A model generated the notes under the pieces. That model saw only the letters and a program-made list of their open reading frames with translations, did not search any database and had not been told where the DNA came from. The position numbers were made by a program, and so were the translations under genes. DNA of 64,000 nt from Epithemia pelagica (taxonomy: Eukaryota; Protista; Bacillariophyta), in NCBI GenBank assembly GCA_946965045.2, contig OX337233.1, positions 1,302,001-1,366,000 on the forward strand, read 5' to 3'. Shown here one piece after another: positions 12,815 through 22,504 of this stretch. Every line of letters begins with the position of its first letter. The first letter of the stretch is position 1.

Positions 12815-13555
12815 CTATATTGTCATTAGCTCAGGGAAATCCACAACCAAATCCATGCTGGTAAGGGCCTCATTGGCTTCGCCTGGAACCCAAAAGACTT
12901 CGGCAGCATTCACACAATCGCCCTCCTCCACCATGACATCGCTAGCAATCGATTGCAATACTTCTTCCGTCTGTCCAAACGAAAGTCCGGCACCATCAAA
13001 TTGCGTCCGATCGCCCACGAGTTCCAGCAAGATGCTTACCACCACCACTGTGGCGCCAGCATCCTCGGCACTTTTGATAGGATACTCCTTTTCAAATTTG
13101 ACAGCTTCTCGATTGGCCCATTCGTTGTACAATGATTCTGCCCGGCCAGCGTCGTCTTCCTTGAACCATTGTGAGGCACTGGATGCGGCAGTCCAAGAAT
13201 CCCTCCGTCGCAACAGTGATAAACAAACCTCCTGGGTCAAACAGGCCAAATCATAATTGGTGGAACCTTGATTTTTTCGAACAGCTCGTTGGAGTGCGCC
13301 AAAAACCGAATCGCTCGAACGATCCGTCGTTGTCAAAGCCACTTGCACTTTACCAACTGTGATACCCTTCCCCAATGGACCTTCCTCTTCAAACATCTTG
13401 TCAAAAAATGCCAACAAGGGTGTCTGTCTTGTGTTGAAACGAGTAGTGAGAGGAAATTGCCGCGCTGAAGGAGTAAAGGCGACACCACCTCCAACCAGAA
13501 TGGTGGTAAGAAAAACTCTCAAACTAAGAAACCGAGGGAAATGGATCATGGTCAT
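12815..13555 (-). CDS. DUF1517-family protein (FLAP1-like), predicted plastid-targeted
   Basis: Signal peptide ending VA-F followed by a transit-like sequence. DUF1517-type segments VGKVQVAL, EVCLSLLRR, ESLYNEWANREAVKFEKE, VVVVSILL, and C-terminal EVFWVPG..L...DLVVDFPEL. Confidence 0.8.
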   Translation of the reverse strand: MTMIHFPRFLSLRVFLTTILVGGGVAFTPSARQFPLTTRFNTRQTPLLAFFDKMFEEEGPLGKGITVGKVQVALTTTDRSSDSVFGALQRAVRKNQGSTNYDLACLTQEVCLSLLRRRDSWTAASSASQWFKEDDAGRAESLYNEWANREAVKFEKEYPIKSAEDAGATVVVVSILLELVGDRTQFDGAGLSFGQTEEVLQSIASDVMVEEGDCVNAAEVFWVPGEANEALTSMDLVVDFPELMTI

Positions 13556-14086
13556 TGTTGGGCGCTTGTCCAGAAGACAAATAAATGGCGAGATTCAATG
13601 TATGCGGGCAATGGGCAACCGCCATTGTCGAAATGCAACGACTGACGTCATAATGGAGCCAAATCGGGACTGGATTAGATCTTCACAGGACTAAAATACC
13701 TAGGAGTAATGTGCTAGGAGTATGTGGTACCGTCACGTGTCAACATGCTTTCGTATCGACACTCAAAGAAGTATCATTTCATGAAGCAAGGACGATGCGC
13801 CATGTCTTCTACTAGGTTTTGCGACAGACAAACAAATGAACGATGAAGAATATCTTCACTCGTTCGTGTTTTATTGATAGATTAAAAATTCAGTGCGTTC
13901 TCCCTGGGTCATCTTCATTCTTAACAACGAGACCGAACAGAAACAAACGGCTTTCGAGATCGCGCATTCATAGGACCACAGATGCGCACGATTCAGCTTA
14001 TATAAAACTACTTCACATGCTTTATATCGCGTCTTGATTGTCGATTCATCGTCCTCTTTGATGTTTTCCACTTCTTGGAAATGTAC

Positions 14087-15091
14087 CTAGACAGGAAAAT
14101 AATTGCGATTTCGTCGTTCCTCCCGCTCCGCAAGATCGGTGTTTGCAATCTCCTCCATGGCATTGAGGGATTCCACTGTCAGCGGTAATGAGTAATGAGA
14201 CAAGAATGCCTTGACCAACTCTTCTTGTTGAAGAAGATCAGGGTCTGATTCTTGTCCTCCACTCTGCTGAATCTGCCGGCGCAAGCGTTCAATCACAGAG
14301 AGTATCATACTCCAAGTCTCTGGCTTGGACATGTTGCCCGGTGGGGACAAGAAGAAACTATTGCGCTCATTCGCTAGCAAATCAGAGGGCACTCCTTCTC
14401 TCCACTCGAGACCCTGTCTGGGTTTAACTTCTAATTCGGCCGCTTGAATGACAAGGCCTTGCTTGTAGAGCCCTCTGTACATTTGCGAAAAGATTTTCGA
14501 GCGATCATCAAAGAACACGGTATGCAGTGTTGCGCGTTGCAAGTGGATTACATGACCACCGCCACCTCCCACTTTATACCAAAAGTAGTATTGTTCGTTC
14601 GCGGAAACACGAAACGTGAATCGTAAACGAGCCCACTGATGCTTGGCAACCGTTGAAGAGAAAGCAACGACACGGCCATTCGGTCTTGATTCGTGTTCTT
14701 TGGGAATATCATCACAAGATATGGATATAGGGTATGCAATGATACGGCATTCTGTTTTCCGATTGCCCCATCCTTGATCTTTCCAATTGAATTCCATTCG
14801 AACACTATGAACCCGTCGTTGATACATAATCGGGAGCCGAAACGCCCTTATGTAGTTATCTCCCGTGTGGTAAGGACCTGTGGCATGAAATCTGTCGAAT
14901 AATAGACGCCCTGGTTCAAGACGTTTCAAAGACAGTGCCTGATTCACGCGTTTGCAGGACATGGACAGATTGACGGCATCACGAAGCAACAGGAAACCTG
15001 CCACCCGGCGTTGCAGTTCGTCCGGAAGCTTCCTGAAATCAAAGGTTGTCGCATCCTCATGATTGTCTTGAGACGTCGTCTGTACTGACAT
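14087..15091 (-). CDS. F-box protein
   Basis: N-terminal F-box FRKLPDELQRRVAGFLLLRDAVNLSMSCKRV; central domain with WKDQGWGNRK and WYKVGGGGGH motifs. Confidence 0.75.
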   Translation of the reverse strand: MSVQTTSQDNHEDATTFDFRKLPDELQRRVAGFLLLRDAVNLSMSCKRVNQALSLKRLEPGRLLFDRFHATGPYHTGDNYIRAFRLPIMYQRRVHSVRMEFNWKDQGWGNRKTECRIIAYPISISCDDIPKEHESRPNGRVVAFSSTVAKHQWARLRFTFRVSANEQYYFWYKVGGGGGHVIHLQRATLHTVFFDDRSKIFSQMYRGLYKQGLVIQAAELEVKPRQGLEWREGVPSDLLANERNSFFLSPPGNMSKPETWSMILSVIERLRRQIQQSGGQESDPDLLQQEELVKAFLSHYSLPLTVESLNAMEEIANTDLAEREERRNRNYFPV

Positions 15092-16437
15092 TGCCTTAAC
15101 GTGAGAGCCTGTTTCAAGAGATTAGAATGAGCACAAGAAGTGGGAGTCCTTCCGCACCTCGGTGTCGCTGAATCTTCCAACTGTGGGGGCCGCGACTGGG
15201 AATTGGGAATGGATGGGGGAGGTTTTATTCGAAACGTGCATTTGTCACTCCCTAGCGCTATCGGGGTTGGTTTTGAGCGTTTAATACATCAGTGGCACAA
15301 TTACACCCTCGTATCCTCCATCGCTAGGGAGTGGTGAATTTGTGTCTTGGATTCTATTTACACTCCAGCGAGTGATATCAAACCTGATAGAAGTAATGAA
15401 TAATCGAATGTCCCTTCCCGCTAGATACGGGACTAAGATTCGGAAGCGTGATGATTGAACACGACCTGACTCGCACTCACGACTGACTTACCCCCGGGTA
15501 AAGAAAGTCTCTTTTTCGGTTCACACAAAAATTTGGAATCATCGCAACTCTGAAAGCCACAACTGTGCACAAAGCAAAAACATGAGCCAGTTCTTTTCTT
15601 ATCTATAAGCAATGCGGACGAAAAGAGTTTCAAACTCAAAGTCCAGTGATAACTGGGCCTAGTACTCCGATTTCGTCCATCATGCTGAACAAGGAGTTGG
15701 AGGAGTCTGCATCATTCAAGTGGACACCTTCTGTGAGCTCCAGCTCGAATTCTTGGATTAAACAGCCCAACAACTGCCAAGTACTCAATAAGCCGAAGGA
15801 ATCAGTGAGGATTGCGCAATTGCAGAACTTCTGATGAACCATGGTCAAGTGCAGGAGGCCGACCAAATGGCCAACAGCGTAGGTATCAGCAGTGAAGCCA
15901 ACTCTGTCTGGGTCGATAAGTCTCAGGGATTATTTTCACTAGTGCTGTCCAAGCGATTGTTTCACGTGCAGGGTGCATGTCGGTGATTACTACATTAAAT
16001 TTGGCCTCAATAGTTTCAAGCGGTGTTCGGGGGCTATCGTCTTCCTGCTCGATCTAGATGGACAAGGTGACCACCGAAATCTACGTACGAACTTTGGTTT
16101 CAAATTCCCTTCCAATTTTAGTTGAATCTTCATTTCCAAGCCGTCTTTGGCTATGGTGTGGTCTTCATCAAGTGTTGATCTTCTTGGCGGGTCCTTCAGC
16201 TGGCCTGGAGGGAGGAATGTATCTTTTGTGACTGGCTAGAGTGCTCTGCAACGTGTGAATGTGATGACTGGAATCGAAACTCACTTCTCCTCTAGGTGCT
16301 CCTCGCTTATTGGCAATTGGCAAACAAAAGAAACGGTAACTGGAACACTTGATCCCATCATGTTTGAGTAGTGCACACGGCATTGATTCGGCTACTATGA
16401 TTTGGTTTCCTCCAGCAGATTACTCGTTAGTTCCGAC

Positions 16438-17874
16438 TTAGACGAACTGGTTTGTAGCATTTGTTGTCGTGTTGGATTCGTTGCCATTCTCGTCTGAGTC
16501 GAATGGAGTCTCTGTTTCGAGTAGCAATGGTGTGGTATCCATTCCTGCCGTCGCACCATCGGTACCATGGCGGCCGATGCCACATCCATACGCCAGGTAG
16601 GCCATGGAGAAGAGAATGGACGCCATCAAGGATGTGATCACTGTCAACGGTGGAAACACAAATGGGACATAAAGGTTGGCCTTGTCGCTGAGCATGTAGC
16701 TTTGACGAGCTAGCCATATGGTATAGGTGCCCATCAAGGACGCGAACGTCGACAGGATGACCAGGAACCCTACTTGACCATTGGATACGTTCTTGGGGAC
16801 TGTGCACAAGGACTTGGCAGTTGCGTTGTTGTTGTTGTTTTCCGTCCCAGACGATGCCAAACTCAAGAAATTGTAGGCAATGCCGCTTCCGTGCAAGGCA
16901 ATGGCAGGGATTAAGAACAAGACAAATGGCCACCAATGTGCGGCCGCTAGGACAATCAGGAACAAGGCCAACCAACGATGCAAGGACCGAAACACAGTCT
17001 TGACAATCTCGTGCTTGCGACAAAAGGCCACTGTTGTGTGCACCAAAAAGATGAGTAACGTGACGATTCCCAGGAAATAAATCAAATCCTCGCCGTCCCC
17101 CGAAAACGTGAGAATCCTTTTCAACCGAGATTGTTGGCTGCCCTCCGAGGGGACCATGGCGAGATATACGAGTTCCCCAAACCCATGAACAACCATCCAG
17201 AACGCAGCTGTGTACGAGATGAAGCGGTGACATTCAAAGAGAACTGGTCGACTCAAGTTCAACAGCCTCGAAGTGATGCCAGACACTGGAATGGCCGCAA
17301 CCATCAAGTTCCAGGACAATGCATGAGAGGCAGCCAATGCCAGGGCCAGAATCAAACGAGAAAGGGGAGATCCATCGACTTCACTCATTCCGGTACCGAA
17401 TACACCAAAGGGGACCGCGAACCACAAAAGATTCAACCCAATCCAGACCATTGCCAACAATCCAAGAGGTGGTAATGGGGCATCCTGAGTCGAGTTCATG
17501 GTTGAAGTTACCTGCAATGAATTTCCATACACTAGAGCCACAAAGCACATGACGGACGCCGCCAAGACCAAGGGGAAAATCCAAAGAAGGATCATGGTCC
17601 ATGCCATGGGTGTAAAGGGGCCACCGTCCATTCCTTTTTGGTAACAATAGCTGTCGTGATACTGTGTCGTGTTGCAAGCTTGGGGGCCTGCAAGATTGGT
17701 CAGTCCACCGACGCCACCTACACCTCCAATGTAGTGTCGAAACCTTGATAGGAGGGACAGCCGTACCGGTTCATACAATGTCGCAATCAGAATCATAAAC
17801 GAAAACGCCCATGCGGCCGGAAGTCGACGCCATTGGGCTGAAAGTTGCTGCGAAGATCTCGACGTCATTGCCAT
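16438..17874 (-). CDS. Ferric reductase-like transmembrane (bis-heme) protein without FAD/NADPH domains
   Basis: Multi-pass hydrophobic ORF with two H-x13-H heme-ligand pairs (HRFISYTAAFWMVVH; HRWLALFLIVLAAAH). No FAD- or NADPH-binding motifs seen downstream. Confidence 0.8.
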   Translation of the reverse strand: MAMTSRSSQQLSAQWRRLPAAWAFSFMILIATLYEPVRLSLLSRFRHYIGGVGGVGGLTNLAGPQACNTTQYHDSYCYQKGMDGGPFTPMAWTMILLWIFPLVLAASVMCFVALVYGNSLQVTSTMNSTQDAPLPPLGLLAMVWIGLNLLWFAVPFGVFGTGMSEVDGSPLSRLILALALAASHALSWNLMVAAIPVSGITSRLLNLSRPVLFECHRFISYTAAFWMVVHGFGELVYLAMVPSEGSQQSRLKRILTFSGDGEDLIYFLGIVTLLIFLVHTTVAFCRKHEIVKTVFRSLHRWLALFLIVLAAAHWWPFVLFLIPAIALHGSGIAYNFLSLASSGTENNNNNATAKSLCTVPKNVSNGQVGFLVILSTFASLMGTYTIWLARQSYMLSDKANLYVPFVFPPLTVITSLMASILFSMAYLAYGCGIGRHGTDGATAGMDTTPLLLETETPFDSDENGNESNTTTNATNQFV

Positions 17875-18766
17875 GATTGATTGGAGCCTTTAGAGTCACA
17901 ATGTGCTACTTTGATGCTGTGCGAAGCTTTTGTTCCCCACTCATTCAAGATATTCAACCAGACCTCACACATCATTTGAATGCTGGATAGGCCTTTCCGG
18001 AAAGATGGTTCGCTTCTAGAGAAGAAGCTTCACTTGTGTCGAATAAGGAGGAGCTACGCGGTTTGTTGTCCTGTCTGTTGTCGGCCTTTTCTGATGTCGA
18101 TAGACAGGCCTTAACTTTCAACGTTCAGCTGCAGCGCACAAAAGCAAAGAGGCCCATGGCACAGCACATTTGCATTGAGCACATGGCCACAGGCCACAGT
18201 GTTGTCTGTTCTCGCTAGCTATGACAGCTATATGTCTTGTCTCTTCGATGATAGGAGTAAGGTTAGAAAGCACAAAATGAAGTCAATCTAAGGAGTAAGT
18301 GTACGGATACTTCCCAAGACGCTATAATGTGGCAATTCGATGGAAGCCTTCAGAATGAGTATACTTTTCATACGAACGGCTGCATCTAGAGATGCTGGCA
18401 GAGATCTCCGGTAGCGCGAAGTCGTGAACTCGGATCTCGGATGACGCAGAGGTCATACCCCTCGAGTCTTACAAATTCTCTAATGCCAATCTGTTACGCT
18501 TGTTGTTGGTCTTCTATTGATGCCCACATTAGGAAGCTTTGACCTGTTGGCCGAGAAAGTGGCCTACCTAGGCTGTTACTACGGGAATAGAACCATGCGA
18601 CATTGGAAGATCAATAATTTCAGTGTCTAGAAAAAGTGATTTTTACAGTTTCCATACAATTGGTGCAAGCCAATACTCTGAAACCAAACACACTCGTAGA
18701 GAAGAGTCCATGTCCATCCACCCCGATAATCCAGTTGGTCCCAACGTGAAAACCAGTGCCTCTTTC

Positions 18767-20752
18767 TTAACTCATGGCAACCGTATTCATATCACACTGC
18801 AAGTACTCGCTCGCCTTGGTGGCAGCATCCGACGATAAACAAAGGCCATAGACACCGGCGGCATTGCACCACACACAGGGAGATCCTTCACTGTCCTTGG
18901 TGGAGTTGCAGACATCTTCGGCATCATCAGATCCCATACCGGCTGCCAAACAAAGGGGATCCAAGGGATAGGTCGTTTCCTCTTCCCCGTCTTGCACAGC
19001 GTCGTCATTTACAGCGGCATCGTCGTCGTTTCCTGCATTCTCATCTCCACAGTCAATGCCAATGGACTCGGCAACTTGCGCTTGTTCTTCATTCAAACAA
19101 AGATTCAACGAGGCTCCTCCTTGTTGAAGGGTACAGAATTCACAACCATTGCCATTCACGTCGTTCGTATCGGTACAGGCCGAGCGTGTCGGATTTTGCA
19201 AATACGCCAAAGCACAAGTGGGATCGTAGGGATCGTCCAAGCTGGCCGTGACAGTCTCAGCCGTGGCGCCGCAAGACAACCATTCGTCTCCTCCCACTTG
19301 ACTGGCCAGGTCGGCTTGCAAGGACGTCAAACACAGGGGAGCTTGAGGAACATCCGTCACAAAGCAGAATTCACAGGGAGCGCCTTCATTGTCGGTGGCA
19401 CTGGTACAGTCTTCAGGAGTCATGCTGCCCTGAGCATTGATAAAGGCCATGAGACAAGAGGTATCCAAGGGATTGGCTTCCACCATGGAGGGCTTTTCAC
19501 TGCATTCAATGCCCATGGCACCGGCAGCTTCGGCTTGGTCTTGCGTCAAACAAAGTTCCATGGAAGATCCTGGAAGAGTACAATATTCACAGGGGGACCC
19601 TTCGGTATCCTTGGTTTCCACACAGGCATCTTGAGTCGGGTTGGCCAAAAAGGCCAATGCACAGGTCGGGTCACGGGGGTCCTTCTCCTCTGGTTCTTGC
19701 TGGACGACAGGTTCTTCAGATGCGCACTCCAAGCTGGGAATAAATTGCTGTCCAATTTGGGCCTGTTCCTGATTCAAACAAAATTCTTGACTGTTCAAGG
19801 TGCAGAATTCACACTTGGCACCATCGCTATCCACAGCCGCTTCGCATCCGGCTTCGGTAGGATTTTGCAAAAAGGCTTGCAAACACGAAGGGTCCATGGG
19901 ATCCAGCACTTCTTGTTCGTCGTCCGATGAACCACATTCCAAACCAATCAATTGTTCTCCAATTTGGGCTTGTTCCTCATTCAAACAGATTTGGACTTGT
20001 TGATAGGAGCAAAATTCACAAGGAGCGCCATCCGCATCCACGGCAGCTTCGCATCCGTCCTCCGTGGGGTCTTGAAGAAAGGCTTGCAAACAAGACAAAT
20101 CCGAAGGGTCTGCCACAAAGGGCTGGGCCAACAAGGTGGCTTTGGAGGCAGAAAGTCCAGAAGCGGTTCCGCGCAAGGCAGAAGTAACCGCTTGTTCCAG
20201 TTCTTCCTTTTCCTCTCCGTCAACGGACGAGGTGGTGGTCGAAGAATTGGTGCACGTGAAAAAGTCCGATTCGGCCGCCGATTCGGCCGTCGGTCCAGTC
20301 ATGCAGACTCCAAAGCCATATTGGTTGGAAGTGCACCAAGTACAATCGGCGGCCACACACTTGTCGGACGTTTTCTTTTGCAAACAAGTCCAAAAGTCAT
20401 CGGGAATCGAATCGTCACTGGGAGTCGGAGCTTCATCGTCCGTCGTAGGTGTCGCATCGTCATCCGTGGCGGGAGTTGCGTCGTCGTCGGCTCCACTGTG
20501 ACGATCGCATTGAATGCCTGGAAGATTCTCTTCCATGGATTCCGCTTGATCTTCGGCCACACAAAAGCCAAAGCCAGACAAGTTACACCACACACAATAC
20601 CCACTGCCTCCATCGTCCTTGGCATCCAAACAGGTCGTTTCATCCTTGTTGGTAAGAGTGCAAGAGAACTGGGCACGAGTCACTGTCGTCGACGACGACA
20701 AGAGCAAGAGCGTAGCGAGCCACATCATGGCGGGAGAACGAGACAACAGCAT
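18767..20752 (-). CDS. Secreted acidic protein with ~8 six-Cys repeats
   Basis: Signal peptide from ATG 20752 (MLLSRSPAMMWLATLLLLSSSTTVTRA). Repeats of DPxCxxAFLxxPTxxxCxxxxDxxGxxCEFC..CLxxxQA..C separated by acidic linkers. Confidence 0.8.
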   Translation of the reverse strand: MLLSRSPAMMWLATLLLLSSSTTVTRAQFSCTLTNKDETTCLDAKDDGGSGYCVWCNLSGFGFCVAEDQAESMEENLPGIQCDRHSGADDDATPATDDDATPTTDDEAPTPSDDSIPDDFWTCLQKKTSDKCVAADCTWCTSNQYGFGVCMTGPTAESAAESDFFTCTNSSTTTSSVDGEEKEELEQAVTSALRGTASGLSASKATLLAQPFVADPSDLSCLQAFLQDPTEDGCEAAVDADGAPCEFCSYQQVQICLNEEQAQIGEQLIGLECGSSDDEQEVLDPMDPSCLQAFLQNPTEAGCEAAVDSDGAKCEFCTLNSQEFCLNQEQAQIGQQFIPSLECASEEPVVQQEPEEKDPRDPTCALAFLANPTQDACVETKDTEGSPCEYCTLPGSSMELCLTQDQAEAAGAMGIECSEKPSMVEANPLDTSCLMAFINAQGSMTPEDCTSATDNEGAPCEFCFVTDVPQAPLCLTSLQADLASQVGGDEWLSCGATAETVTASLDDPYDPTCALAYLQNPTRSACTDTNDVNGNGCEFCTLQQGGASLNLCLNEEQAQVAESIGIDCGDENAGNDDDAAVNDDAVQDGEEETTYPLDPLCLAAGMGSDDAEDVCNSTKDSEGSPCVWCNAAGVYGLCLSSDAATKASEYLQCDMNTVAMS

Positions 20753-21080
20753 GGTGTAAATCAACAGAGAGAAACTTTTCGTGATGCAAGCGGGGGATAC
20801 GAGACAAGTCTTCTGCTGTTTATGAACAAAAGTGTCACCTCCTCTTTGAAATCTGTTCTTTTGAATGAACTCAAGAGACAATGGGAATGGGGCTCTCTGA
20901 TGACAACAATCGACAGCGAACAAGATGAAATTGAATCGTGACAGAACGACAAAGTTGTCTATTCTCGCATGAAAGATACACAACTCTTAGCAGGAAGGTA
21001 AACATGATATACTAGAATATAGTTGATTCCTATTATTTCCGACCTCTGGGGTGTCATTTTACCCGAACCCCAAAAGATTT

Positions 21081-21117
21081 CTTCACAGACAGTCAGTATC
21101 ATATGTTCGTTGTCAGT
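21081..21117. repeat. 37-bp exact direct repeat, copy 1
   Basis: cttcacagacagtcagtatcatatgttcgttgtcagt is identical to 24431-24467. Confidence 0.9.
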
Positions 21118-21323
21118 TAGGAGCTCCTATCAGGCAACTGACAGACACTACCCCAAGCGGAATGATGAGTCTTGTGTTCTCGTGAATGCCGTCAGGTTCA
21201 TGTCTTGGGAACATAAAATTACGCGCGACCGAAAAATAACCCCCGCCTGGGCGTAGTATCGGTACATTGACCATTGACATCTTGGACAAGACGGTTGGAT
21301 TCTCTACACGTCTTCAGGTTTTC

Positions 21324-22103
21324 ATGGCAGCAACGACAGCAGAATGGGACTACAGCATCGAGGATGCACAGGATGATACCGGGGTGGATGACAACAACGT
21401 TGTCGGCAGCCAAGACGAAATCTGGCGATACATTGACAACATCCCTCCGGAAAGTTTGGGTTTCGACGGTTGGTTCGACCAAGAGATTGCAACCTTGTCG
21501 AATTCTGTGGATCTGTCCTGGTCCAAGTTCCCGACAAAGCCCCGTCCGTACGATAGTCGACCTTCCAGCGTTCCGGCACAACATCCGATCCGGGCAATTG
21601 CCAAAGTCCTCCAAGAAGCGGCCCGAAACTCCACCGTTCGCATCTATTGCGACGCGTTGTCCGACCCTTTTGCACTGGACCTACTCATTCATCATGGACG
21701 AGACAAGACTGTCAAGATTATTATGCAGCCTTGTGAAGGTTCCAAGAACCGTATCAAAGAACTGTTAAAGAGGTTTGAAAAGGTCAACAGCTATGATGTT
21801 TTTTATGCGCGAGTCCAGATTCGCATTGCCAACCTAAACTCGCCGGCATGCACGAGATATACTTCCATGCACGACAATAGAGTGATGACGGAACAGCATT
21901 GCTTGTATGGATCCTACAATTTGACTCCAATGGCAAGATGTACTAACTGGGAGGCGATTGCTTTGACCAATACGTTGCAACGAGAAATGGACGAATTTGA
22001 AACGGAATGGAGCAGCTTGCTTGGACGAGCAATTGACGAAGTGTTCCCAGACTTTTATCCGGAAACCTTCACAGTGCCAAAACGCCGCCGCGTGAATTCG
22101 TAA
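21324..22103 (+). CDS. Single-domain phospholipase D/nuclease (PLD6/Zucchini-like fold) with atypical HKD motif
   Basis: SMHDNRVMTEQHCLYGSYNLTPMARCTNWE aligns with the HxK(x4)D(x6)GSxN(x)T..A...NxE consensus. The upstream VRIYCDALSD..KTVKIIM segment fits the PLDc_2 pattern. Confidence 0.8.
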   Translation: MAATTAEWDYSIEDAQDDTGVDDNNVVGSQDEIWRYIDNIPPESLGFDGWFDQEIATLSNSVDLSWSKFPTKPRPYDSRPSSVPAQHPIRAIAKVLQEAARNSTVRIYCDALSDPFALDLLIHHGRDKTVKIIMQPCEGSKNRIKELLKRFEKVNSYDVFYARVQIRIANLNSPACTRYTSMHDNRVMTEQHCLYGSYNLTPMARCTNWEAIALTNTLQREMDEFETEWSSLLGRAIDEVFPDFYPETFTVPKRRRVNS

Positions 22104-22504
22104 ATTTCGATGCCTGCCTTCACAATCGCCAAGCCGACGAAAGTGATTTCATCTTGATGCGTATCAAGGGTTGGCAAACCTAGGACCCGCAACCACGAAT
22201 GGCCCCGGCGGCGGAGAGCCCACCATGCCGTTCAGAAGGTGCTGCTGCCACAGCAGGATCTCATCATGATCGCGCTTACCGTTGGGGTCTTTGGGGCCAT
22301 CCAAGACGGGCTCCTTCCAACGATGGTTGCACAAGGCCGGACCGTTTGGGGATATGCCTTGAACTTCATTGATACATCAGCGACAGCTACTTCCGTCTTT
22401 TGAGCCTTTCTCTCCACCCTCGTCCTCGTGGAATATGAAAGGATGAGGTGTGGCACATCGACAAAAAGCGCTTGTTGCATGTTGGGGTGCCTCCCAAAAC
22501 TACG

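Noticed and set aside
15433-16140. Short ORF fragments that might be a degraded gene or TE
   Set aside because: Multiple stops and no recognisable motif.
18992-20941. Long plus-strand ORFs 18992..19930 and 19952..20941
   Set aside because: Antisense shadows of the Cys-repeat gene. The same applies to 12594..13256, 16427..17233, 50864..51664 and 62584..63627.
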